From assembly GCA_002352345.1 (NCBI GenBank), contig DEIG01000016.1, forward strand, positions 7,419 through 71,418: a stretch of 64,000 nucleotides of DNA, in the 5' to 3' direction. The DNA is from Methylococcaceae bacterium UBA2780 (GTDB lineage: Bacteria; Pseudomonadota; Gammaproteobacteria; Methylococcales; UBA2780). Positions 49,552-58,323 of this stretch are shown here, one piece after another; the stretch's first letter is position 1, and every line of letters starts with the position of its first letter. The position numbers and the translations under genes were made by a program. The notes beneath the pieces were generated by a model. The model made no database searches, was not told the origin of the DNA, and saw nothing but the letters and a program-made list of their open reading frames with translations.

Positions 49552-50928
49552 ATGGAAATTAAACCTCTGGTAGTCCTTCTTAGCCTCACACTTCCTCTTG
49601 CTGCCCACGCGGCTGATGAAGAAATTCTTATCGATGACGACGAGGCATTAGAGCTAATTGAAGATGATGTCAGTCTTGATCTTAATGAAGAATCCATGCC
49701 TGATGAATTAGCAGAGGAAACCTTAATTTCTGATGCTGAATCTCTAGATGGTTTAGAAGACGATGTTCCTGATGAAGACTCTTCTCCTCTCTCCTTTGAA
49801 GGGAAAGTAGCGATTGAATACCGACGCTTTTTCCAATCAGGAATTGCGCCAGGACAGGACTACAATAATAACTTTTCACTTATGCTCGAGCCTACTTGGC
49901 GCTATGAATGGGATGGTGGTTCACAAAATATAGTGTTTACCCCTTTTGCACGAATCGACGACCAAGATGATGAGCGAACGCATTTTGATATTCGAGAGCT
50001 GCTTTGGACAAAATTTGCGGGCGACTGGACAATTAAGGCCGGTATCGGAAAGGTTTTCTGGGGCGTTGCAGAGTCACAACATTTAGTTGATGTTATTAAC
50101 CAGACTGATCTAATCGAAAATACAGATGGCGAAGAGAAGCTTGGTCAGCAGATGCTTAATATCGCCTATACGAGTGATTATGGAACATTTGATCTTTTCA
50201 TTCTTCCCGGTTTTAGAGAGCGCACTTTCCCTGCTGATGATGGCCGCTTACGCCTAATTCCAAAAGTCGCAGATGACCATGTTGTTTATGAATCAGGCGC
50301 TAAGGAAAAGCACGTTGATTTTGCTGTTCGTTGGGCGCACACGTTAGGCGATTGGGACATTGGGCTGGCTCACTTTCATGGAACAACGCGAGACCCCCAG
50401 TATATTCCCGTTTTTAATGGCGGCGCACTTGTCGAGTTTCGTGCTATTTACGAAATCATCGATCAGACAAGCATTGATGTCCAAGCGGTAAAAGGAAACT
50501 GGCTTTGGAAACTCGAATCTTTTTCACGTGGCGGCCAAGGTTCTGGCCGTTTTGAGGCTGCAACAGCCGGCTTTGAATATACTTTTAGTGGGGTTTTTGA
50601 AAGTGGAGCAGATCTTGGTCTGTTAGCAGAGTACCTATATGACAGCCGAGACAGAACAGAACTTACAACCCCTTTTGAAGATGATGTCTACCTTGGTGCC
50701 CGCCTTGGACTTAATGACACACAGAGTACCGAGCTACTTGTAGGTGTTATTTTGGACAGACACTCTAGCGAGTGGATTTATAGTGTAGAAGGCAGCCGCC
50801 GTATTGGTGATAGTTGGAAAATAAGCGTTGAGGCGCGCGGTTTTGCAAACAATAATCCCAAAAATCTTATTGCATACCCTGTAAGAAATGATGATTACAT
50901 CATGTTTGAGCTAGAAAGATTCTTTTAG
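49552..50928 (+). CDS. hypothetical outer-membrane beta-barrel-like protein with acidic N-terminal extension
   Basis: Signal peptide MEIKPLVVLLSLTLPLAAHA|AD, a roughly 65-aa Asp/Glu-rich stretch, then alternating-hydrophobicity segments ending in a C-terminal aromatic residue (ELERFF). ATG at 49552 preferred over the TTG at 49540. Confidence 0.55.
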   Translation: MEIKPLVVLLSLTLPLAAHAADEEILIDDDEALELIEDDVSLDLNEESMPDELAEETLISDAESLDGLEDDVPDEDSSPLSFEGKVAIEYRRFFQSGIAPGQDYNNNFSLMLEPTWRYEWDGGSQNIVFTPFARIDDQDDERTHFDIRELLWTKFAGDWTIKAGIGKVFWGVAESQHLVDVINQTDLIENTDGEEKLGQQMLNIAYTSDYGTFDLFILPGFRERTFPADDGRLRLIPKVADDHVVYESGAKEKHVDFAVRWAHTLGDWDIGLAHFHGTTRDPQYIPVFNGGALVEFRAIYEIIDQTSIDVQAVKGNWLWKLESFSRGGQGSGRFEAATAGFEYTFSGVFESGADLGLLAEYLYDSRDRTELTTPFEDDVYLGARLGLNDTQSTELLVGVILDRHSSEWIYSVEGSRRIGDSWKISVEARGFANNNPKNLIAYPVRNDDYIMFELERFF

Positions 50929-50947
50929 CTATTCAGCAAAAGAGCCT

Positions 50948-50977
50948 AAAAGGTCAGCCATTTAGCTGGCCTTTTTT
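50948..50977 (+). terminator. intrinsic terminator after the outer-membrane protein gene
   Basis: 8-bp stem AGGTCAGC / GCTGGCCT (one G-U pair) followed by TTTTTT. It overlaps the last codons of the convergent 529-aa gene. Confidence 0.6.
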
Positions 50978-52551
50978 AGTACCTTGCACTCCATCAAATA
51001 GCTATTACTACCTATATTTACTGTCCGTAAAATCGCCACAATCACTGCTTCTCGGGTTGTGATCAGGCGAATCTGGTCACCCTGTTTAATATGTTTTGAA
51101 TCTACTATTATCCAGATTTTCTGGCCAGTTGCCTCTTTAGTAAAAAATAAAATCACCCTCTGATAGGTCTGCGTTTGATTTCCTGAAACAGCAGACTGAA
51201 TTCCAGCAGGTTGAGGTTTCCCTGCAAGCAGCTGCAATTGAAACTCAACAGAGCCATCTTGCAGGTTTAAAATTTTAGAGGTGACCCCCAGTGCGAGGCT
51301 ATTTTTTGCATCATCTAATTTGCGAAATGCAACGAGCTGGCCTAAAGAAATCCTTTCTGATTCTGGAAAATCACACGATAGCCAACTTTCATCACGAGTT
51401 TCTGCAAACCACTCACTTTGAATAACCTCATCTGCCCCGTGGTTCGTTGTTAAATTCTGATGGATTGCTTTCAACCCAAGCAGAAAAAGGCGTGATTGCC
51501 TGTTCCCAAATATCTTAGCAGCAGGCTGTTCGGTGTCGCACCAGCGTTGCTCAAGTTGCTCAATCAACCCAAGAGAAAGTGGCAATTGGGCCCCTTTTAA
51601 TAACAACGCATCATATCGACCAACTTTTGCATCAACAAACTCCTTATGGTCACCTAGCATCCGCAAAAGTGCTGACAAATCTAAATAACCACAGCTCTCT
51701 GGCAATTGTTCACCTTCGCCTAGCCAACAGGCAGACGAATCTTTTTGGAAATCAATATAACAATAAGGAAAACTTGATACCGACTTGCCTTTCAGCAGTT
51801 CCAAATCAACCATGCTGGCCCACTTTTCAAGCGATATAAACAGCTCAATCACCTCTGTATGAAGCAGGCCATACGGCTCTGCCAGCCTAAGCAGCAAGAG
51901 CTGCTTATAGCAATCCACAAAGGAGGTTTTAGGTAGTTTCCTACCTGTATCATCTATCACCTTACTTTTAGAAAGCTTTTCGAAAGCAAGAAAGAGTTTA
52001 TGAATATCAGACCAAATCCCTTTCGGCTCTGCGCGTTTAAAAAGGTAATGGAAAAGTAGAATTTGCCCTATACTGGCTAGACTGCGCTGCGCGATAACGG
52101 CTGATTTCTTCTCTAAACGACGACTCACAGGCGCATTTGTAAGCGCCTGTGCTAAAGACCAGTAGTTCGATGCCAATTCCGCAGTAATAGAAATCTGGAA
52201 CTCTAAGAGTTTTTTATTAGCGCTATTAAGCGGAAATCGTGTTCCCACTGATTTGCTTCTTAGATAGCTTAAAAGGTCGTAGACGGCAGGCCTCAGAGCC
52301 TCAAGAATTTCAAATCGCTCAAGCTCATCACACTCTATCCGGTTGAGCTGGCGTAAACGCCCTGAAATAAGTTCTGCAACCTTAGCGTAATTTGCCGTTG
52401 GCAAATCCATGACCCAAGATTTAGTCTCTTTTAACTGGTATTGAACCCAAATATCAGGCCGAGAAACACGGGGAGGAACATTTATAAACGTAGATTCCAA
52501 TCGACTGCCCGCTAACTTAGGAAAGTGAAGAGAGCTTATGCTCAAATTCAC
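50962..52551 (-). CDS. hypothetical 529-aa protein (possible degenerate PilZ-like C-terminus)
   Basis: Long uninterrupted ORF directly downstream of the MOSC gene. The GTG start at 52551 overlaps the MOSC gene by 35 nt, and an alternative TTG at 52500 gives no overlap. No confident family. The C-terminal third is beta-rich and contains RISLGQLVAF, faintly reminiscent of the PilZ DxSxxG motif. Confidence 0.6.
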   Translation of the reverse strand: MNLSISSLHFPKLAGSRLESTFINVPPRVSRPDIWVQYQLKETKSWVMDLPTANYAKVAELISGRLRQLNRIECDELERFEILEALRPAVYDLLSYLRSKSVGTRFPLNSANKKLLEFQISITAELASNYWSLAQALTNAPVSRRLEKKSAVIAQRSLASIGQILLFHYLFKRAEPKGIWSDIHKLFLAFEKLSKSKVIDDTGRKLPKTSFVDCYKQLLLLRLAEPYGLLHTEVIELFISLEKWASMVDLELLKGKSVSSFPYCYIDFQKDSSACWLGEGEQLPESCGYLDLSALLRMLGDHKEFVDAKVGRYDALLLKGAQLPLSLGLIEQLEQRWCDTEQPAAKIFGNRQSRLFLLGLKAIHQNLTTNHGADEVIQSEWFAETRDESWLSCDFPESERISLGQLVAFRKLDDAKNSLALGVTSKILNLQDGSVEFQLQLLAGKPQPAGIQSAVSGNQTQTYQRVILFFTKEATGQKIWIIVDSKHIKQGDQIRLITTREAVIVAILRTVNIGSNSYLMECKVLKKAS

Positions 52552-53164
52552 TTCGCCAATCTGTTGAAAGAGCCTCTATTGCCAATGCTTTTATGATCTC
52601 ATTGCGGTTCATGTTAGAGCCAGCATGCATAATCTGCATAATTTCCCAAACACTCATTGCAGAATCACTCTTTTCAACCAGTTCGATTGAATCACCTGCT
52701 TTGACACTGCCCTCTTCCAAGACACGAAGATAAAATCCGTATCGACCACTTTTCATAAACTTTGCAGGAAACATCGGATCATTCATTCTGATGCCAAGTT
52801 TAAAGCAGGGAACACGTGGCTGTGTGACTTGCAGAAGAGCCCCACCCACTCGGTAAATATCACCAATCAATATTTCTCTATCACCCATCGATTCAACGGT
52901 GAAATTCTCACCAAACTGACCGTAAGGAAGCTTTTTCAGGCCAAGTTTTTCCTGCCAATAATCGTAATGCTCTGCTGTATAGGCATAAATAGCTTTATCA
53001 AGCCCACCATGAACAGATGGATCCGCCTGCTTGTCACCAACCAACCCCTTTTTCAAGAGCTCTAGGCTGCCCTCTATAGGTCTTTTATCAATTCCGCTTT
53101 TAACAGTGCGACCATTAAATTCTAGCTCTTTAATATCGCTAATGTTGATGCTTTTTAGTCTCAT
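52517..53164 (-). CDS. MOSC domain protein (YiiM-like)
   Basis: 215 aa. Contains KRPIEG, GLVGDKQADPSVHGGLDKAIY, GENFTV and QVTQPRVPCFKLG (conserved Cys), plus a C-terminal helical domain. Confidence 0.8.
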   Translation of the reverse strand: MRLKSINISDIKELEFNGRTVKSGIDKRPIEGSLELLKKGLVGDKQADPSVHGGLDKAIYAYTAEHYDYWQEKLGLKKLPYGQFGENFTVESMGDREILIGDIYRVGGALLQVTQPRVPCFKLGIRMNDPMFPAKFMKSGRYGFYLRVLEEGSVKAGDSIELVEKSDSAMSVWEIMQIMHAGSNMNRNEIIKALAIEALSTDWRSEFEHKLSSLS

Positions 53165-53178
53165 ATTATGGGTATTAA

Positions 53179-54093
53179 TTAGAGGCTCATACTCAGATAG
53201 CGTTCACCCGTGTCATGAATAATCGTAACAACCGTTTTACCTTTACCAAGCCTCTTTGCGATGCGTAAAGCAGCAGCAACACTTGCCCCTGAAGAGATGC
53301 CAGCAAAAACGCCCTCCTCTTGGAAAAGCCTAGCCCGCATCGCAATAGCCTCATCACTATTAACTTTTTCAACAGAGTCAAGAATATCAACGTTCAGGTT
53401 GCCAGGAATAAACCCCGCACCAATACCCTGAATCTTATGTGGGCTATGTGTGCCTCCTGAGATAACGGGTGACTCTTCAGGCTCTACTGCAATCACTTGA
53501 AAGCATTCTTTGCGCGATTTAATCACCTCACCCACACCGGTAATCGTTCCACCTGTTCCCACACCACAAACAAAAGCATCAATATCGCCATCGGTTGCAG
53601 CCCAAATTTCTTCTGCTGTTGTTTTGCGATGAGCTTCAGGGTTTGCTGGATTCTCAAACTGTTGTGGAATAAAGCTATTTTTAGTCTCACTATTAATCTC
53701 AGCCGCTTTAGCCAAAGCCCCCTTCATTCCTTCGGCACCAGGTGTTAAAACCAACTCTGCTCCCAACGTTGTTAGCAGATTGCGGCGCTCAACGGACATG
53801 GTGTCAGGCATTGTCAAAATACAGCGGTAACCTTTTGTTGCTGAAACCATTGCCAAACCGATACCTGTATTGCCCGAAGTGGGTTCAATAATGGTTCCAC
53901 CCGCTTTAAGGTGCCCATCACGTTCAGCTGCCTCGATCATAGCAACCCCTATCCTGTCTTTGACAGATCCGCCAGGGTTTCTTGACTCCAGCTTAATGAG
54001 TACATCAGCACTATCACTATCAACCAGCTTACTTAGCTTCAATAGCTCTGTATTACCAATCAACTGTGTAACATTTGCGAAATAAGTCATCAT
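53179..54093 (-). CDS. cysK: cysteine synthase A (O-acetylserine sulfhydrylase)
   Basis: PLP lysine context [47 protein letters not shown]. From memory it is closer to CysK than CysM. Confidence 0.88.
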   Translation of the reverse strand: MMTYFANVTQLIGNTELLKLSKLVDSDSADVLIKLESRNPGGSVKDRIGVAMIEAAERDGHLKAGGTIIEPTSGNTGIGLAMVSATKGYRCILTMPDTMSVERRNLLTTLGAELVLTPGAEGMKGALAKAAEINSETKNSFIPQQFENPANPEAHRKTTAEEIWAATDGDIDAFVCGVGTGGTITGVGEVIKSRKECFQVIAVEPEESPVISGGTHSPHKIQGIGAGFIPGNLNVDILDSVEKVNSDEAIAMRARLFQEEGVFAGISSGASVAAALRIAKRLGKGKTVVTIIHDTGERYLSMSL

Positions 54094-54178
54094 CTCTCCC
54101 GTTTGAGCCGCTGTGCAACTGCCAGCGCTTAAGTTATTGTCTCAATTATTCCTTACCAGACTACCAGAGTGAAGCGTT

Positions 54179-55060
54179 ATGTTCGACTACAGGTTTGTGC
54201 AGCAAACAATAGAGCTTGAGGAGCTACTCATTAGCTTCAGAATTGGAGGCAATGGCCCCCCTTTGTTGCTGTTACACGGCTACCCACAAACCCATTTTAT
54301 GTGGCATGAAGTAGCCCCTATTTTGGCAGACACTTTTACCGTTATCTGCCCAGATTTACGGGGCTATGGAGATAGCTCCAAGCCACCTGGAAAAAGTGAC
54401 CATAGTAACTACTCAAAGCGAGCAATGGCTAAAGATCAAGTGCAGTTAATGGCAAAATTAGGTTATACACAGTTTAGTGTCATAGGCCATGACCGTGGTG
54501 GCCGTGTTGCACATCGGATCGCATTAGATTATCCAGGCCAGATTGATAAAATCGCTGTCCTTGATATCGCACCAACCTTAACAATGTTTGAAGCAACCAA
54601 TCAGCCCTTTGCGACCGGTTACTACCATTGGTTTTTTCTAATTCAACCAGATGGCCTCCCCGAGCACATGATCGGCCTAGATCCAGATTATTACCTAAAT
54701 GAAAAATTGAAACGCTGGGGTGGAGATAACTTTACGTTTAAACCAGAAGCCATTGCAGAATATAGCCGCTCTTTTCGAGATCCAAAAACAATACATGCAA
54801 GCTGTGAAGACTATCGGGCCGCCGCAACAATTGATTTAGAACATGACAGAAGCAATGCTACACAGATGATTACTCAGCCTCTGCTTGCTCTCTGGGGAAA
54901 GCAGGGTTTTATTGAACGTAACTTTGATGTACTAGCCTGTTGGCGTAAAAAAGCGACAAATGTCGAAGGCTATGCGCTAGATTGTGGCCATTTTTTAGCC
55001 GAAGAAAAACCAAAAGAACTTTGCGAGGTTTTTCTTAAGTTTTTCAAAGAAGAGCATTAA
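54179..55060 (+). CDS. alpha/beta hydrolase, haloacetate (fluoroacetate) dehalogenase / epoxide hydrolase-like subgroup
   Basis: HGYPQTHFMWHEVAP, nucleophile Asp in GHDRGGRVAHR (D-R-x-x-R), YYHWFFL (His-Trp pair), CEDYRAA, and the catalytic His in CGHFLAEE. Confidence 0.75.
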   Translation: MFDYRFVQQTIELEELLISFRIGGNGPPLLLLHGYPQTHFMWHEVAPILADTFTVICPDLRGYGDSSKPPGKSDHSNYSKRAMAKDQVQLMAKLGYTQFSVIGHDRGGRVAHRIALDYPGQIDKIAVLDIAPTLTMFEATNQPFATGYYHWFFLIQPDGLPEHMIGLDPDYYLNEKLKRWGGDNFTFKPEAIAEYSRSFRDPKTIHASCEDYRAAATIDLEHDRSNATQMITQPLLALWGKQGFIERNFDVLACWRKKATNVEGYALDCGHFLAEEKPKELCEVFLKFFKEEH

Positions 55061-55084
55061 CTCTTCAGATCAGGGTTGGTAGCG

Positions 55085-55552
55085 CTAGAGTTCTGAACGA
55101 ATTTCGTTTAACAGTCCCACAGAAGCATCCTCAACCATATCCAGAACACGCTCAAAACCAAATTTCCCGCCGTAATAAGGATCGGGCACATTTAAGTTAT
55201 TTAAATGGGGCGCGAACTCCAAGAAAAAACGTAATTTTTGTCGATGCTGATCAGGGCATCTCTTAAGTGCAGAGGAATGATTTTTCTCGTCCATCACCAA
55301 GACATAATCAAAATGCTCAAAATCTTCTTCAATTAACCTTCTTGCACGTAGATCACGAAGATCAATCCCCCTTTCTAGAGCCGCTTTCTGAGAGCGGGGA
55401 TCAGCCTCTTCCCCTTCATGGTAGGCATGTGTTCCAGCAGAATCTATACCTATCTGGCGACCTAAACCCTGTTTAACAACCAGATCACGGAAAACTCCCT
55501 CAGCCGTTGGAGAGCGGCATATATTGCCCATGCAAACAAAAAGTATTTTCAT
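55085..55552 (-). CDS. low-molecular-weight protein tyrosine phosphatase
   Basis: ILFVCMGNICRSP (CX5R-S P-loop) and the VPDPYYG Asp loop. Confidence 0.85.
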   Translation of the reverse strand: MKILFVCMGNICRSPTAEGVFRDLVVKQGLGRQIGIDSAGTHAYHEGEEADPRSQKAALERGIDLRDLRARRLIEEDFEHFDYVLVMDEKNHSSALKRCPDQHRQKLRFFLEFAPHLNNLNVPDPYYGGKFGFERVLDMVEDASVGLLNEIRSEL

Positions 55553-55622
55553 TTATTCCCTATAGCCTCTAAATCATCTTAATTAAAAATTAATACTTAC
55601 CAAAGCCTGTTATATCTCCCTC

Positions 55623-56885
55623 TTATAACAATAAAGCCACGGCTAACCCAGAGCCTGCAACTGCAAATAGTGGCAGTAAAGTCCTCAGCCCTATCCCCAC
55701 ACCCCCTACAAACAGAGAAAGCAGCGCCTTAACTAAGGTGTTGCAAACAGAGGCGATAACGATCCCTAAAATAGCAATGTCTATAGATAAGTCTGTCACA
55801 CTCATTCTGGATAGCGTTAAATTAATCGGGTCGACATCAGCAATACCGGATAATGCAGCAAGAAAATAGATCCCCGTCTCTCCATAGAAATGGATTGCAG
55901 CTTTGCCTAAAAGTGCCACAAGCACCAGTATAACGCCAAAAAATAGTGCTGACTTCAACTCCAACGGGTTGTTTATATGGGTGAGTTTACCGGGCTGATA
56001 ATCGGTGCGCTGATGCCACATAACAGCAGCTAAAGAAAAGGTCAGCAGAGCCATTACTGCCATAGGAAGAACGATAGCATCAAATAATTCAGGGTTAATC
56101 AATGTTGAAATCAAAATGATGCGTGGGAACATGGTTCCACAGGCCACTAATATACCCGCCGCGAGCAGGCTATTCATCTCCTTATGCTCTTTAGCCAGAC
56201 GTGAGAAGTGTAATGTAAGCGCTGTAGAGGAGAGCATTCCGGCAGCCAAAGCCGTTAAGATTATGCCCTTATCTGGCCCGGCGATCTTCATAGTGAAGTA
56301 ACCAATAAAGGAAATACTGGCAACGAGAACAACCATCCACCATGTTTCATATGGATTAAAAGCCTGCCAAGGGCCATAACCCTGATCAGGAAGGATCGGT
56401 AAAAGCACAACAGAAATCAAAAGGAGCTGCAATGCTGCATGTAACTCTTGCACCTCTAAACGCCTTAGCCAGCCATGCAATACCTCTTTAAATCTTAATA
56501 ATAACGCCGTTATCACTGCGGCTGAGGCGGCAAGGGTTACATGATCTAATGTTGCTAACGCCCCCAGCATAAAAGCTAACAGCATTGAGATCATGCTTGT
56601 GATACTTACATCATCTCGGGTACGCCTCTGTGTTACATATGAAACAGTCACCGCCCCAGCAAAGCCTAAAAAAATAAGGCCAAATACTATTTCTCCAAGA
56701 TATTGAGACAGCAACCCCGCACTACCACCCAACAGACCTGTTAGACCGTATGTGCGCAAACCTGCCACCCGCTCACCTTCTTTTGCTTCGCGCCTTTTCC
56801 AGCCTCTCTCGATCCCGATCAAAAGCCCTATTGCAAGAGCAGAGCCTAGTAGTGCAATTTTTTCAGCATCCGCAAAATCGTTCAA
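55623..56885 (-). CDS. MgtC/SapB family plus DUF4010-type integral membrane protein
   Basis: 420-aa polytopic protein. The N-terminal region (GLLIGIERGWKRRE...AGLRTYGLTGLLG) is typical of MgtC-family/DUF4010 fusions. Confidence 0.7.
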   Translation of the reverse strand: MNDFADAEKIALLGSALAIGLLIGIERGWKRREAKEGERVAGLRTYGLTGLLGGSAGLLSQYLGEIVFGLIFLGFAGAVTVSYVTQRRTRDDVSITSMISMLLAFMLGALATLDHVTLAASAAVITALLLRFKEVLHGWLRRLEVQELHAALQLLLISVVLLPILPDQGYGPWQAFNPYETWWMVVLVASISFIGYFTMKIAGPDKGIILTALAAGMLSSTALTLHFSRLAKEHKEMNSLLAAGILVACGTMFPRIILISTLINPELFDAIVLPMAVMALLTFSLAAVMWHQRTDYQPGKLTHINNPLELKSALFFGVILVLVALLGKAAIHFYGETGIYFLAALSGIADVDPINLTLSRMSVTDLSIDIAILGIVIASVCNTLVKALLSLFVGGVGIGLRTLLPLFAVAGSGLAVALLL

Positions 56886-57190
56886 ACAGCACTCCCTTAA
56901 AACTAATTACCAGGTTATTTTCCTAATATATCAATTCGGCTTGCTCACCCCTTTTTCTTCACTGGGGTTTTTAAGCATTTTTTAAATTGCACTTAGATCA
57001 TCTTCAATTTTGGTCATATGAACACTGTTTTTATAGGCCATGACAATCAACTTTACAGAAACTAAGAAAACACCAGAATCGAGAAAAAGTGAATGTACAA
57101 AACCTGTCGTAAATACGGCCAAACCAAACTATATAAAGGTGATAGAAATTACAAAAATAGATCCAGTATCAAAATGTTTAAACATAAACA

Positions 57191-57949
57191 TCACTCTTTG
57201 AAAAAATACCCCTCAACCCGCTTCAAGTCCTCTTCTGTATCAACCCCGGCTTCAGGCATTTCATCGATAACAGAAACGGCGATTGACTCCCCCTGCCAAA
57301 GTATCCTTAACTGTTCGAGTGATTCAATTTGTTCCAGTTCAGATTCAGGCCAACTGATATAGCGTTTTAAAAATCCAACTGTGTAGGCATACATACCAAC
57401 ATGGCGGTAAAAGATGGCTTTACTGGCTTTTATCTCTTTGGAGAAACCATCACGATCCCAAGGAATTGCTGCTCGGCTGAAATAAAGCGCATAGCCGGCA
57501 TGGTCAAGTACAACTTTTACCGCATTGGTATTAAATAGCTCATCAATAGAATCAATAGGTGTGCAAAGTGTAGCCATCCCTGCTTTTTCTTGATTCGCTA
57601 AAACCTCCGCAGTCTGGCTTATTAGCGCAGGCGGTATAAGAGGTTCATCACCTTGCAGGTTTACGACAATTTCTGAATCACTCCAGCCTTTTATCGCTGC
57701 CACCTCAGCTATTCTTTCTGTACCGCTATTATGGTTTTCTTGAGTCATAACCGACTCAACACCAGCGGCAATTACCGCCTCATGAATGCGAATATCATCA
57801 GTTGCTACGATCACCTCATCCGCACCTGCCTGCAGAGCTTTTTCACAGACATGCAGAATCATCGGCTTACCTGCGATCTCACGCAGGGGTTTTCCGGGAA
57901 GCCTAGTAGAGGCATACCGCGCAGGGATAACAACTTTGAATGAGGCCAT
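57191..57949 (-). CDS. kdsB: 3-deoxy-manno-octulosonate cytidylyltransferase
   Basis: [44 protein letters not shown]. Confidence 0.9.
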   Translation of the reverse strand: MASFKVVIPARYASTRLPGKPLREIAGKPMILHVCEKALQAGADEVIVATDDIRIHEAVIAAGVESVMTQENHNSGTERIAEVAAIKGWSDSEIVVNLQGDEPLIPPALISQTAEVLANQEKAGMATLCTPIDSIDELFNTNAVKVVLDHAGYALYFSRAAIPWDRDGFSKEIKASKAIFYRHVGMYAYTVGFLKRYISWPESELEQIESLEQLRILWQGESIAVSVIDEMPEAGVDTEEDLKRVEGYFFKE

Positions 57950-58132
57950 CTATTTTTCAAGCTCTTCAGCTGTTAGTTCTCTCGCTTCATCCTCAAGCAT
58001 CACCGGTATCTCATCTTTAACAGGAAAAGCCAAACGATCAAATTTGCAAATCAGTTCATCTGCCTCTTTTTTATAAACCAACGCACCTTTGCATAGAGGG
58101 CAGACCAAAATATCGAGTAGTTTATTGTCCAT
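57950..58132 (-). CDS. ycaR: Trm112/YcaR family small zinc-ribbon-like protein
   Basis: 60 aa from the internal ATG ([16 protein letters not shown]...[10 protein letters not shown]). Its stop directly abuts the kdsB start, the conserved ycaR-kdsB pair. The track's longer 99-aa version adds unrelated N-terminal residues. Confidence 0.8.
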   Translation of the reverse strand: MDNKLLDILVCPLCKGALVYKKEADELICKFDRLAFPVKDEIPVMLEDEARELTAEELEK

Positions 58133-58323
58133 CTGTTTCTTATCACCTATTTTTAATAAACCGCGCAGTACAGCGGCACATAGTTCATTGTAACCAAATT
58201 TTTCAATTGCCATAATGAAAGCAGAGCATTTCAATTTAAAAGATAACAATTCCCTATATCCCTACTATCATTATCAAGAACCTAGCGAAACAAAAAAACT
58301 AAATTTAAGGTAACAATTTGAAG

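Noticed and set aside
55085-55552. LMW phosphatase considered as a thioredoxin-coupled ArsC arsenate reductase.
   Set aside because: It has the PTP-type DPYY loop and lacks the additional downstream Cys pair of LMW-PTP-type ArsC. It is also 23 kb from the ars island.
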